Shown: positions 51,413 to 63,948, counted from the first letter of the stretch. The stretch: DNA of 64,000 bases from Octopus bimaculoides (GCF_001194135.2 NC_068982.1:175293952-175357951); one strand, 5' to 3'. A program made the numbers and translations. Notes: generated by a model not told the origin, from the letters alone.

Positions 51413-51600
51413 TGAGCTGGCGGAATCGTTAGCGCGACAAACAAAATGTTTAACGGCATTTATTCCGGCATTAAGTTCTACGTTCGACTTTGCCTTTCAT
51501 CTTTTCGAGTTCCATAAAATAAAGCACCAGTCAAGTACTGAGGTTGGTGCAATTGACTAACCCCCTCCTCCAAAATTTCGGACTTTGTGTCTATAGTAGT
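51413..51600 (+). mobile_element. SINE family D
   Basis: GAGCTGGCGGAATCGTTAGC...GACTTTGCCTTTCATC...; homologous to 39243-39445. Confidence 0.8.
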
Positions 51601-51893
51601 ATGGATTATCTAGAGGGAGACAATAGCAGAATTTGAACTCGAGTGCAAAGAGCCGGAGCAAATACTTCATTGCAGCCAGTACATTTCAATGTGTCCACTG
51701 AACTTCTGTCCTAGAATGGTATTTTATTAATCAACTCTGAATAAATGGAAATCGACATTGATCTCTAGGATTTGAACTTAGAACACAAGGAGCTGGAATA
51801 AATAACGCAAATCAATTGACCGCCTTATGGTTAAAAGGTAGGACCAACGTGTGCGAAAAGAAAGGGAACGAAGTGACACACCGCTTTTTAGTG

Positions 51894-51932
<39 letters not shown>

Positions 51933-52128
51933 NNNNNNNNNNNNNNNNNNNNNNNNNNNNNNNNNNNNNNNNNNNNNNNNNNNNNNNNNNNNNNNNNNNN
52001 NNNNNNNNNNNNNNNNNNNNNNNNNNNNNNNNNNNNNNNNNNNNNNNNNNNNNNNNNNNNNNNNNNNNNNNNNNNNNNNNNNNNNNNNNNNNNNNNNNNN
52101 NNNNNNNNNNNNNNNNNNNNNNNNNNNN

Positions 52129-52130
52129 CA

Positions 52131-52182
<52 letters not shown>
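52129..52182. repeat. (GCAC)n tetranucleotide repeat beside gap 51933-52128
   Basis: Directly visible. Confidence 0.97.
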
Positions 52183-52899
52183 GATTGACAGACTCGTACT
52201 CTCTTTCTAATACTTTCTTTTTCATTCCTTCAGAAATGGCTAATGTAAATGGCTGTGTAAGGTATGAGTTACGATGGGAGATGTGATAGGTGATGTAAGG
52301 AAAAGATGGCAGTCTTTCGATTTCCTATTCTATAGATATACTTACATAAGCTACGCTATAATGAGGATAGCTTGAAAAAGATTTGCTAATGGTAGGCTAA
52401 AAAAATTAACATGATCAATATTCATCTTGATAGAATGAATTATTTGTCCATTTTGATTAGAATTTAACAATCAACGGATATCTTCTTTTGCTATTTACTC
52501 TGTATATGCGCGTACCTTTCGAAAGAAATCTGAATCCAAGTTGAATTTATTCCTGTCATTGCCTACTTCTGAAGCATCTAAGCTATTTATCATAATGCAC
52601 CGAAACTTTAAAATCAAATTCACAATCATCTGACATTTCATTCGTTTAGAGCGTGTAAACAATCGTACATACAATTGTTGCTACTAGGAGTCATTACAGG
52701 ATTTTGAACACAAGATTATAACTACAAGAAGAAAGAGATCAAACTACATCATTGGTTACAAACTAAAAGTTGTAACTTCATGGATGACTGAGAACAGTAA
52801 ACTTGAATATAGACTGAAAGAAATGGAAAGTTCAAGCGGTGTCAAACAGCATCGATTCTGTTTGGCATTGTTTGAGGAGACTGTTACTGGAAATTGTAA

Positions 52900-54685
52900 T
52901 GATCTCCAGTCGACAACTGGTGAAGGAAATGGTCATAAGAAGAAAACGATAGGTTCATTGCTTACCTAAACATTATGTAGAAATTTTACACTGCCTGTCT
53001 CAACCAATTTCTCCAGGATCAATGTGAGTCCAACAACATAGTGACTGATGAACAGGCAGGCAGAAAGAAGTGAGTGTGAAACTGTGCAGCACATCTTTTG
53101 ACAAACAAAGCTACCCTATCTGAAGTAAGAAAACACCTTAGAAACTTTGTGGCATTACTGCACGATTATAGGTAAGAGTTCTACTCTATTTCCCACTCAT
53201 TGCGGCTGAAGTCAATGCGCTTGGCAAAACTACCTGCTACCTTAGTTATTGCCATTGAGAGGCTCACAATGACCTGAACAACAATCCTTTACAAGTGAGA
53301 GCAGATCGCTCGTCTCCAATGTTATGAATATTACAAACGGGATTTTCCAAGGAGATAGTCTTTCTATAATACTGCTTATTTTGGCACTGAATCCATTATA
53401 TCTGTTATTAAATCTAGTGGCAATATGCTAAGGTCTGCAACTGTTAGATATACCAATGTAAGCCCCAATTTCTTCCTGGATGACCTGAAGATTTTTGCTA
53501 AAAGTGTTTGCAATGCTAAAAACCAGTTGGGATTAGAAACATTTTCAACTCACTTAAGAATGGAATTTAGCGAGAAGAAATGTTCGTATTTCGATGTTGA
53601 CCGTGAAAAATCAGTTACCCGAAAGCTGTGTACCGACGGTCTCTCTGTATTTCCTATTTTGACGGCGACCATGCTAGGGAACCGCCTTGGAGGATTTTAG
53701 CCGAACAAATCGACTCCAGGACTTATCTTTTTTAAGCCTTGTACATTTTCAACCGGTGAAAGGCTATGTTAAGGAGACGTAAACACACCATCACCGGTTG
53801 TCAAGCGGTGGTGGGAGACATACACGTGCGCGCGCGCACACGTACACACGCACGGCGGACTTATTTCAGTTTCCGTCTACCAAATTCGCTGACAAGGTTT
53901 TGTCGGCCCGAGGCTATTATAGAAGACACTTGTCCAAGGAACCACGCAATGGGACAGGAACATGTGGTTGAGAAGCAAACTTCTTACCACGCAGTCACAA
54001 TGCTAAACTACTTAAGCATTGATGAATACATCTCATATAAAGATGCTGTGAATAAAAATAGCGATCGGGAATATTACACCAAACTTAGAAAAGTATGGCA
54101 ATCCAAACTTTCCTCTTACAAGACAATCTCTCACAATGAATTTGCAGTACCAGTGCTGATACCGACATTTAGAATACTTGACTGATTCTGCAGTCAATAA
54201 AACATACAATAAAACACACAAGATCCCGACATCAAATGGAAACTTCCACAGAAAGTGAAACTGACAGGTTTCTATCTAATAAGAGATGGAGGTAGAGGCT
54301 TGACATTAGTGCAAACAGTCTTCGAATGTTGTATGTTTCAGAAAGAACGTACTGAACAACAGTGCTGAAACTCAATGCTGAAAAGCGAAGACAACAACAT
54401 TCTATGTGTTGGCAGCGAGCTCCTCAGGAAATATTCTCTTCCTCATGATCTCCTAGACAACTCTAAACTGCTGGACAAGAATACCTCAAAGAACACTTGG
54501 ACGTGAAATACTCATCATACTAAAAGGCTATGCATGGGTATGCTTCTTGAGGAATTGAAAAGAACAGTAATATCGACATGAAGTGCAGCCTTTCTTTGAC
54601 TCGTGACCGCTACACCCCATTAAACTTTGAATGCGATGCATTTGCGATCCAAGAGCAAGAGGCTGCTACAAAACACCTGATATTG
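52900..54685 (+). mobile_element. Decayed R4/Dong-like retrotransposon RT region, interrupted by a SINE
   Basis: ENDRFIAYLNIM*KFYTACLNQFLQD...VTDEQAG, GIFQGDSLS (53339), FFLDDLKIFA (53470), LRKVWQSKLS...FAVPVL, GGRGL and FAIQEQE. Confidence 0.85.
53640..53999 (-). mobile_element. SINE family A inserted in the R4-like RT
   Basis: Reverse complement shows head, central domain and 3' half. Confidence 0.85.
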
Positions 54686-54689
54686 ACTT

Positions 54690-55860
54690 TGTTGTTGATG
54701 TGTGACTCCAGCTTAGTTTGTTGTCCAGAGTTTTTCCACCTTCAGCAGCACGAAGTTTTTCGCCAATCGACTGGCGTCACAAATTCCCGATTGCTTTCTG
54801 GATCATAGCCAACTGCAAACTTGTTTTTTATTTATTTATTTTCTCATTTTACTATGATATCATTTGTATTGTCATTTATGTAAATAAGTAGAATTGAACC
54901 AACACAGAACCATGGGGTACACCACTAATGGCTTTTGCTGATCTTGAGTAAACTCCGTCGATCACGACATGCAAGGTTTTGTTCACTTTGAAACTGAGGT
55001 CAAGATACAACATAGGTAATGGAGTTTCTCCCAGAACATTTGAAATGTCAAAATATTTAAAATGTCGACATTTTAAATATACAGAAGCTATGTCAAGCAG
55101 TCTCTGCTACCACAGAAACCAGAGATTAGCGAGAGTAGATATAAGATGATATCGGCATTCCTTGAGAATACTAGCAAGGAACCTATGAAAGCTTACAGCT
55201 GAATTGATTTTAATTCTATATTCTGCCGAAATGATGTCCGCACTGGAAGGATATGGCATCAGGAAGGATATACTGAGGCTTTACTTCATTAATGCTGCTT
55301 AAATTAACAGCATTAGAATCATTGAAAACAGCAGTCTTGTTTCTGTAAAATCACCTCTATTTCTTATATCTTTGGTATCATTATGAAGAATGTTGCTTTC
55401 ACCACTCAGTGAGCTCAGGGATGAAACAGCATCCCTAAGCTTTTTTTCCAATTGAATAGAATACTTTAGGATTGTGTCTTATTTTCAAAGGCCCGATCTT
55501 CTACAATGGCCCCACCTATTTTTATTTTGTAAAAGCTCACATTTACTTCTAGAAATTGCTTTTCCGATTGTAATGTTGTTATTGCCCTTGAGGAAGAATG
55601 TTGCCACTGGCAGTATTTTCGCTGACTATTTTGTAAGTTCTCTTCCTTTATCTGATGATTGTTTTTCTCAATTGAAAGCTTGCATTTATCTTTGTTCGTG
55701 GGTCATCATAGAGTTTGTTTGTAGATATGTAAGTAACTGTGTCCTCAAAAACATGCAAAGATATTTTAACATCAGAGCAAGTGAACACCAGCGAACCAGC
55801 TACATATCATGCATAATTGTATTCCAGATTGCTTTTGAAATTAGTAGTTGTTGCCCTTCT
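54690..55860 (-). mobile_element. Decayed CR1/L2-like LINE ORF2 fragment
   Basis: Minus-strand NPKVFYS, SGFCGSRDCLT, VVIDGVYS...ISGVPHGSVL and LDNKLSW..HINNKV. Confidence 0.65.
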
Positions 55861-56075
55861 GTTTTGGATTTGTAATATAATTCTGGATGATAATACCTAT
55901 CACAAGTTATAAAAAATTCGCCTCTCTAAAGCAGTTTGAGAGAGTTCTATATTTGGTCTTCTAACCCAACAACCCAGGGTTTCTCTCTCTGCCTTTCTCT
56001 TTCTCTCTCTCTCTGATATATACATAATTAATAGCGACAAAAGCAGTATTAATACCAAGGGGTAATATTTATCTC

Positions 56076-56430
56076 CCACTTTAAGTGGCCGTTGTGTTAG
56101 AACACAGAATACTTGCGTCATATGCCATGAGAAGCCCTCTTATATAGACTTGTAATTCACTACGCGACACCAGGGCCTGAATAGACACTAGGATTCTATA
56201 TATCGTTAACAAGGGAATCAGTTGCTATGTCTAGACAGACGTCTGTTATTTACAAGGCCAAACAAAGCCGAAATCACGTGTTCTTGCAGTTCTGACGGCC
56301 ATAGTGGACGGTGTCACCCGCCAGCGATATAAGCATTAGTGCTTTTATGCACTACAAGTTCATATGAGAGATGCCTCCATTGTAAATAACGCAGTATTCT
56401 GTGTTCTAATACAACATCCACTTTAAGTGG
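56076..56430. mobile_element. Old MITE-like element with degenerate ~80-bp inverted repeats, TTAA at both ends
   Basis: GTTAGAACACAGAATACTTGCGT (56096) pairs with ACGCAGTATTCTGTGTTCTAAT (56389); CCACTTTAAGTGG occurs at 56076 and 56418. Confidence 0.45.
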
Positions 56431-57359
56431 CTGTGTGTTAAGTAGCTTGCTTACCAACCACATGGTGTGTGTGTCTGTCTGTCCGTCGGTCTGTGTGGAC
56501 ATATATCTACTACATATGTGGGAAATTCTGTCTGTGGATATGTTTATGGAGTTGTTAGCCAACTCCTCCTACATCGCTTTATCGCTTTTGATGAAGCTTG
56601 ACACGTGAGTAGAACTCATGTCTAGAAACCTCATAGCATATTCAGATTGTTGAAAAGAAATGGATTATAGGGCCCCTGCAAGGGAAATAACACTTCATTT
56701 TTCTAAATCATTTGGTATAAATCAAATTGAGTATGCTTATTTCTTAGTATTTCAACTGTTAGAGTTATTTTCGTAATTTATCCAGTACAACCCTTAAACA
56801 AGTAAATAGTATTTTCCTAAACAATAGCTCCACTTATTTCGGTTAGTGACTTATTCACGAATATACCAACACTAGCGCCACTGAGGGTAATATTCTCTGG
56901 GAACGCACAAAAGCCCTTTAAGAGTTATTTACTTTGAATTGTTATTATCTCATATCTGATTAGCCTGTTATTGCGTAACATGTTTCACGATTTTAATATA
57001 CATACCTTATCAGTATTTCCTCCTAAGTTCTATAGACTCTGGGAACGCATAACGCCCTTTTCGGGACTACTTTATTTGAATTTTTACTATCGGGTAACTA
57101 ATTTCATGTTATTACATAACTGACTTCACAATTTGGGTATTCATAACTTATTTGGAATTCCTGAAAACAAGATCCTGCTGTGTAAGACAGTTTGGTATTC
57201 TCTGTAAACGCACAAAAACCGTTCTAAGGGCTACATACTTTGTATTGTTCTTATTGGAATAGCGAAACAATTATGAGAACGGAACCAAGGTATATGCTCC
57301 GCTTTCCCCGGAGTTACCGTGTACGTCAGCTAGTATGTATATATATATACATATATATT

Positions 57360-57557
57360 CTTTTCCACTCTAGGCACAAGGCCCGAAATTTGGAGTGGGG
57401 GCAGTCGATTAGATCGACCCCAGTGCTTGATATATTGACCCCGAAAGGATAGAAGGCAAAGTCGACCTAGGCGGAATTTGAACTCAGAACGTAAAGACAG
57501 ACGAAATACTGCTAAGCTTTTCGCCCGTGGCGCTAACGTTTCTGCCAGCTCGCCACC
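57360..57557 (-). mobile_element. SINE family D
   Basis: Reverse complement of the 39243-39445 type. Confidence 0.85.
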
Positions 57558-57563
57558 TTTATA

Positions 57564-57643
57564 TGTATATTGAGAAAAAGGAGGCCGTCAGAATTTTGGA
57601 CTATTCTCCAAAATTCTGACCACCTACTTTTTCTCAATATACA
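57564..57643. repeat. 80-bp hairpin: two 37-bp arms with a 6-bp spacer
   Basis: 17-bp perfect outer stem, 3-bp AGG/CCT, 14-bp perfect inner stem GTCAGAATTTTGGA/TCCAAAATTCTGAC, loop CTATTC. Confidence 0.93.
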
Positions 57644-57806
57644 ATATCTGTACACCGCTTCAAACACATTTTCTATCAAATTTTACAGTATTCTGAATGT
57701 CAAATGGTATTGATTGAGACTCATATGAATTTGGAAACATTTAACTTAATATAATTTTTTATAGAATAATCTAACTGAATTAATTATCAACATTAACCCC
57801 TCAAAG

Positions 57807-58894
57807 ATGGACGTATCGAAGGAACATTTAAGGCACATAACGCTTTATGAGTTCAGAAAGGGAAACAGTAGAAGCAGCCCAAAATATACATTCTGTTTAT
57901 CAGGGAGAGTTCTAGAATAAAATAAGTTGCAGAAGATGGTTTGCAAAGTCCGAAAATGGTGATTTTAGCCGAAGAGAGAAGCCACAAATAGGATGCCCTG
58001 TTGAGTTTGATGATGAATCTCTTTTGTCAGAGCTTGAGGAGGATAATGTCATGTCAGTTGAAGGATTGGCAAGCAAGCTCAATTCAAGCCATTCGACTGT
58101 TCACTGTCATCTTCAACAGCTTAAAGAGTTACACAAACTCGGAAAATGGGTTCCCCAGGATTTGACAAACCGGGTGAAAATCACGAGTGGACCTCTGCTA
58201 TTCTCTTCACACTCGTGAACGTAACTTAGCATTTTTGGTCAGATTAGTGACTGGTAATGAAAAATGGATTTTTAATGAAAATATTAAGCGACGCAGGCAA
58301 TAGCTTAGTTGTGCAGAACAGGCTAAACCACATCTCAAAAAGGAACTCCATGCAAAAAAGGTTCTTCCTTCTGTTTGGTGTGATTGCATTGGAGTCAGTT
58401 ACTTTGAGCAGCTACCAACTAATGCAACAAATACTACTCACACCTATTGCCAACAATTAGAGCGTTTGGATGCTGCTTTGAAGAAAGAATGGCTTTAATA
58501 AGGAAGTGGTGTTTCATAATGATAGTGCAAAACACCGGGCTGCAAAGATTACAGCAGAAAAAAATCAAAGAACCTGGCTGGGAAAATATCCCTCACCCGC
58601 CTTATTTCCCGGACCCCGCTCTTTCTGATTACCATTTGTTTCAAAGCTTACAGAATCATTTAGATGAATTAGTGCGCAAAAGCCCGAAAGAGGTTGAAAC
58701 TGTCCTCTCTTCCTTCTTCTCATCAAAACCAAAGGAGTTTTTCACCAATGGAGTTTTAAAAACTGATGAGTAGATGGAAGGAAGTCAATCGATAATGATA
58801 GGAATTATATACAGGATTAAATTTTAATAAAATGTAAAATTATATGACTTTTTCCCTTGTCCAAAATTCGGACATTACTTATGGGATGACCTGA
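57807..58894 (+). mobile_element. Near full-length decayed mariner transposase gene with right TIR
   Basis: MDVSKEHLRHITLYEFRKG, RRWFAK, GKWVPQDL, LVTGNEKW, HPPYFPDPALSDYHLFQSL; multiple frameshifts; TIR ends ATGGGATGACCTGA+TA. Confidence 0.92.
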
Positions 58895-58914
58895 TACATA
58901 TATTCTTTTCTACT

Positions 58915-59117
58915 TCAGGCACAAGGCCTGAAATTTTGGGGGAGGGATCCAGTCGATTAGGTCGACTCCATTACGTAACTGGTACTTAATTTATCGACCC
59001 CGAAAGACTGAAAGCAAAGTCGACCTCGGAGAAATTTGAACTCAGAGCGTAAAGACAGATGAAATACCGCTAAGCATTTCGCCCGGCGTGCTGACGTCTC
59101 TGCCAGCTCACCGCCTT
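58915..59117 (-). mobile_element. SINE family D
   Basis: Reverse complement of the 39243-39445 type. Confidence 0.88.
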
Positions 59118-59343
59118 GATATATATATTGACAGTGACTTCGATGCTTCGGCCTGCTTTGAAGTTGCTGTCACTATTCTTGTGAAAAAGGAATAAATATG
59201 TATTCTAGAAAAACGTATGGAGTAATTCTTCAGTTTCATGAAAATTGTTTTATTGTAACTCGACATAAAAACAAACGTGTGTGTGTGCGTGTGTGTGTGT
59301 GTGTGTGTGTTTTGGAAANNNNNNNNNNNNNNNNNNNNNNNNN

Positions 59344-60120
59344 GGTGGGAAAGAAACAAATAATTCTTTGGTCTTAATTGTTATATTTTGTCAAAACAAT
59401 ATTCTCCTCATTGTTGAAAACATAATCCCATTTTTTTTTTTTTGGCAAATTGTTGACACCCCGGGCATAAAATTCTTGAAGTTTCGAAGCAAAGAAACAC
59501 TCAAAATAATTGTAATCTCTTCACAATTATTGAATTGTTTCCCTCTACATAATGTTACGATGATCTGAATGTAGCAGAGCTTCCATATTTAGTGTTATAG
59601 TCTTTTTCTTGAGTGGCTTGGGTAATATATGGTTTTGCATTCTCGTGTAAGATTGTTAGGCGCTTTTCTGTAAATTTTTGTACAATGCTTCAAATTGACA
59701 CTACTTCTCTGCATCAACTATTTCATTTTCGTTTAACACTTCGTGACAGACGACACCTTCATATCTCACTGAGCACTGAGTGTAAATTTCTTCTGATGTT
59801 GTCCCGTTGAGGGATAGATTTTCTTTTTTTCCTTGGGTGCCAACCATTGTCGGTTCCATTGGGTATGATTATAGAAGACCAACTTTCATCACATGTGATG
59901 AAGGAAAGGTTCGGCAGCAAGTATATTCGTCAATGACTAGTAGAGGGTAACTTTTTGATAAAACTGAGAAGCAGTCTGACCAAGTTTAGGCACTTTTCCT
60001 AGTTCGTGATGGTGTTTTATGATCGATGTATGTCTTGGATTGAACTGTTTTGCTAATCCTCATGAAGTTGGCTTTAGATTTTCCTGAACTATAGTTTTTC
60101 AAAAGCTCGATATTGATCGA
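59344..60120 (-). mobile_element. Decayed mariner transposase on the opposite strand
   Basis: Minus-strand HHELGKVPKLG, ITCDESW, RQWLAPKEK, LHENAKPY and FFASKLQEFYARGVNNLP. Confidence 0.75.
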
Positions 60121-60187
60121 GTTAGGTCATCTAAATCGAAGGGAATCTGCGAGTGAAAAATTACCCAAGAGGAAGAAGTATGTATCT

Positions 60188-60244
<57 letters not shown>

Positions 60245-60245
<1 letters not shown>

Positions 60246-61245
60246 TATGTCATCCCATATATCAGNNNNNNNNNNGATGGTTTGCAAAATTCAGAAGTGG
60301 AGATTTCAGCCTTGAAGATGAAAATCGAACAGGACGTCCAGTTGAGTTTGATGATAAGCTCCTCGAGGCATTAATTGAAGAAAATCTTGCATTATCAGTT
60401 GAAGAATAGGCAATAAACCTTAGTTTAAACCATGCAACTGTTCATCGTCATCTTTAACAACTTGGAAAGGTTCCTAAACTTGGAAAATGGGTGCCACATG
60501 AATTGTCCGAAAGCAACCGCAAATCCCGAGTTGACATCTGCTCTTCTCTCCATTCTCGCGAACTCATTTCACCATTTTTGGATAGACTTTTGACTGGTGA
60601 CGAAAAATGGATCTTCTATCGAAATATTAAACGTCGTAAACAGTGGCTTGGTAAAAGGGAAAAAGCTCAACCACAACCGAGAAGGGAACTTCATGGAAAA
60701 AAAGGTTCTTCTGTCTATCTGGTGGGATTGCAAAGGAGTAATTCACTTTGAATTATTATTACCTAATGCAACAATCAATGCTCAAGTCTACTGTCAGCAA
60801 CTAGAGCGTTTGAACCAAGCTTTGAAGAAAAAAGACCTGCTTTAGTGAATCGAAAAGGTGTGATGTTTCATCAGGACAATGCGCGACCCCACACTGCAAA
60901 GATCACATCACAGAAGATCGAAGAGCTTGGTTGGGAAAAAATTCCTCATCCACCTTATTCTCCCGGCCTTGCTCCTTCAGACTACCATTTGTTTCGTAGT
61001 TTATAGAATCATTTGGGAACATAACTTTCGCAAGCCAGGGGGAGGTCGAAACTGACATTTCAGAGTTCTTCGCTTTGAAACCAAAGGAGTTTTACATTGA
61101 TGGGATTTAAAAGCTTGTAAGTAGATGGAAGGAAGTTATAGATAATCAAGGAAAGTACATTGATGATTAAATTTCAATTAAATACAACATTTGATCACTT
61201 GTTTTCTTTATTCAAAATTCGGGCAGAACTTATGTGATGACCTGA
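60245..61245 (+). mobile_element. Mariner DD34D element, same family as 57807-58894, inactivated (5' part lost at gap 60266-76)
   Basis: WFAKFRSGDFSLED, GKWVPHEL, LLTGDEKW, HQDNARPH-[34]-D (HPPYSPGLAPSD); stops and frameshifts; TIRs TTATGTCATCCCATA / TATGTGATGACCTGA, both TA-flanked. Confidence 0.95.
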
Positions 61246-61249
61246 TATA

Positions 61250-61510
61250 ATGTGGGTTTTTTAATGCTTTTTTTATTTTTCAAAATTAAGATAAACAAAG
61301 TTCTTTTTTAATCTAAAATATACTCTCCTTCGTTTTCTATAATGGTCTTCCATCTATCTGGTAGAATTGCAAGGCCCCTCTTCAAAAATTCACTTTTCCG
61401 TGAAGAAAAGTACTCCTCTGGTACTGTTCTGACATCGTCTACAAAATTCATATTTTTTCTATCCAAATGATTTAGAAGACTACGGAATAAATGGTAATCA
61501 GATGGACAAT
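61250..61510 (-). mobile_element. Mariner C-terminal remnant, tail-to-tail with the preceding copy
   Basis: PSDYHLFRSLLNHL...LPDRWKTIIENEGEYILD*. Confidence 0.88.
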
Positions 61511-62562
61511 GTCCGGCGAATATGATGTGTGATTGTATAGATATTGAATGTGTGTGTGTGTGTGTATATGCGTGTAACTGTGTATATGTATGTGAATATA
61601 TAGATATCGAATATATGTGTGCGTATGTATACATGTGAAAATATATGAAGTCGGGACAAGTTCTGTTCCGTGTTTATTCTATTTTTAGTATACGCCCACA
61701 CAAATGCATACATATATTTTCAATATATAGATCCTAAACACAAGTATTTAGGATTTATATCGTTTTTTTTTAAAGATACTATTGCAACTCTATTGTCTAA
61801 ACAAATTTATTAATGATACTTTAATGCATTTTTCGTATCTCATCAGCTTCTTTCACAAAGAATGTATTTGCTATTCCTATCTGATCAGTGATAAACACGA
61901 GTTTATTACAAATACAGTGATGACGATTGTAGATAGAATTTTCAAAGAAACGCACAAAAGGAAAAAAAAAATGTAAACACTGAAAGATAATATTTGTAAT
62001 TCCCAATTTTATTAAGCAAAACATTGTTTTCGTTTTGTTTTACACAGATACATTCCCACAATGCATTACAAACACATCTCACGCAACTAAAATCAGAAAA
62101 ACAAACGAGTTGTATGCGTGTATGTATGTGAGCGTACGTGTATGCATATATATATATGTGCATATATATGTATTAGTATTCGTGCATGTATGTATGTATG
62201 TGCGTGCGCGCGCGCGTGTGTAGTGTTTAGAAGTTCGTTTGTTATGACTGGCCAGAGAGTGACCATTGGTTTCACACCTATAAATCGCTTAGCTGAATAG
62301 GCGACTCGTCAGAACTAGGTTTATCGAGTCGCTCTAATGGGATATACAAAAATTCCTTAAGGCGATGGGTTTGGCATGCAGGACTAGATATTATTGGCTT
62401 TAATTTCAGATCGCTAGGTGAGGAGATATTAAAATAAATGTCAGTGGCTCCTTTACAAACCTCACCTATTTTTTTTCACTTTTGTGAACGTTTTCAATTT
62501 TTGCGAATTTTGCATCTGAAATTGGTAATATAGTTGTATTATTGATCGGTAAGTCAAGGTAG

Positions 62563-62725
62563 CAAGCTGGCAGAATCGTTAACACGCTGAACGAAATGCT
62601 TAGCGGTATTTCGCCTGTCGCTACGTCCTTTCGGTGTTGATAAATTAAATACCAGTTGCATACTGGTTGATCTAATCGCCTGGCCCCCTCCCCCAAAATT
62701 TCAGACCTTGTGCCTATGGTAGAAA
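62563..62725 (+). mobile_element. SINE family D with an internal deletion
   Basis: GCTGGCAGAATCGTTAACACG...CCCCCTCCCCCAAAATTTCAGACCTTGTGCC. Confidence 0.8.
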
Positions 62726-62729
62726 GGAT

Positions 62730-63200
62730 TGTTTGTCGGTGAGGTCAACTCGGTATAAGCTTATTAATGTTTTAAGGTTTCTCATTATTTTTGATGGCTA
62801 TTGTGTTGGGCCTTTTGATAGTATGCGTCGTCTTCTTATATGGTTAACACAGTATTTTTTTTTTTAATTATCCCCACTTATTCTGTGTTTATTAAGAATA
62901 CTGCCATTTCATTTACTGGCCTCTTCAATTGCTATTTTTTTTTTTACCATTTTTTAATTTGTTAACTTGTCCAATTCTCTTGCTGAAAGTTGAATTGTGC
63001 GTGCGTGTGTTGGGGTGTGGATATTTACTATCAACTCTTTGTCATCATTGTTTTTGCCGTACTTTTCTCTAGTGAGTCTTAATTTTCTGCTGAATTCAGA
63101 AATGTCTTTCATTTCGTTGTTGTGTCGCTGACGGTTTGATGTGAATTTTAGAGAATATACTAATTTGTTGTATTGTTAATTCTTTGATAAAGTAATGTTT
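62730..63200 (-). mobile_element. Penelope-like element N-terminal RT-adjacent remnant
   Basis: Minus-strand KDISEFSRKLRL (63074-97) and IAIEEASK*NGSILNK (cf. F.R.LRL and IKxADKGxAVVIL). Confidence 0.5.
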
Positions 63201-63719
63201 TGAATTGCTTGTGGCTTCTCTGGAATGTGCGGTACCACCGGGTATCTCTGTTCCTGTAGATAGGGTATAAAATAATAGTTAAATTAGGTTAGTTGATGTT
63301 ATTAATGTGTGTATTTGTGTGTGTCCTGTTACGGCTTAGACAAATTTAACCCCTATTGATAAACAGCGATTAACAAATCACTGGTATCGCAAATGACTTG
63401 CAGGCTGGGTAAAAATTTGCTTTTAGCGACGGAAGCAGTATTAGTTCAAAATAGAATTCTGTGTGTTTTACTGAACGTGGATATGCTGTAGAAAGATTTT
63501 TGTTTAAACATGCAGCTGCTACTAGCTATGGATGACGGTCAAAGAAGCAGAAATTTCGATTTGACAGATAATTCGCTGCTGCAGAATGCTTTTCAGCCGT
63601 TACTGATATCCTATACGAGATGCTTTCTCTAAACGAATATAGCAATTTTTTAGGCTTTCTACAGCATGTCCACGGTAAATAAGATGTACAGACTATATGA
63701 GTTATGCTCGAAACGTCAA

Positions 63720-63948
63720 ACCTCAAGGGCAGCCGTTTTGAAGAAATTGAGTAGATCAAAAAGGCTGTGACGAAGATTCTGGACAGCTTCACTTTGGAGG
63801 ACATCCATGGGGCCTTCATGAAGCGGCTAAAGTGTGACAAATGCATTGAAGCCAGAGGTTTTTACTTTAAAGAAGATTAGAGATTGTACTTCTTTGAAAT
63901 TAATGGAATGTTCCTCCTGAAGAGGTCTCAAAACTTTTGGAATGTACC
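63720..63948 (+). mobile_element. Mariner 3' end remnant
   Basis: LKGSRFEEIE*IKKAVTKILDSFTLEDIHGAFMKRL...KCIEARGFYFKED*; TIR-like CAAAACTTTTGGAATGTACC. Confidence 0.8.

Noticed and set aside
62301-62337. 8-bp hairpin GCGACTCG/CGAGTCGC followed by CTAA as a Helitron 3' end
   Set aside because: The spacing to CTRR is wrong and there is no other Helitron evidence.
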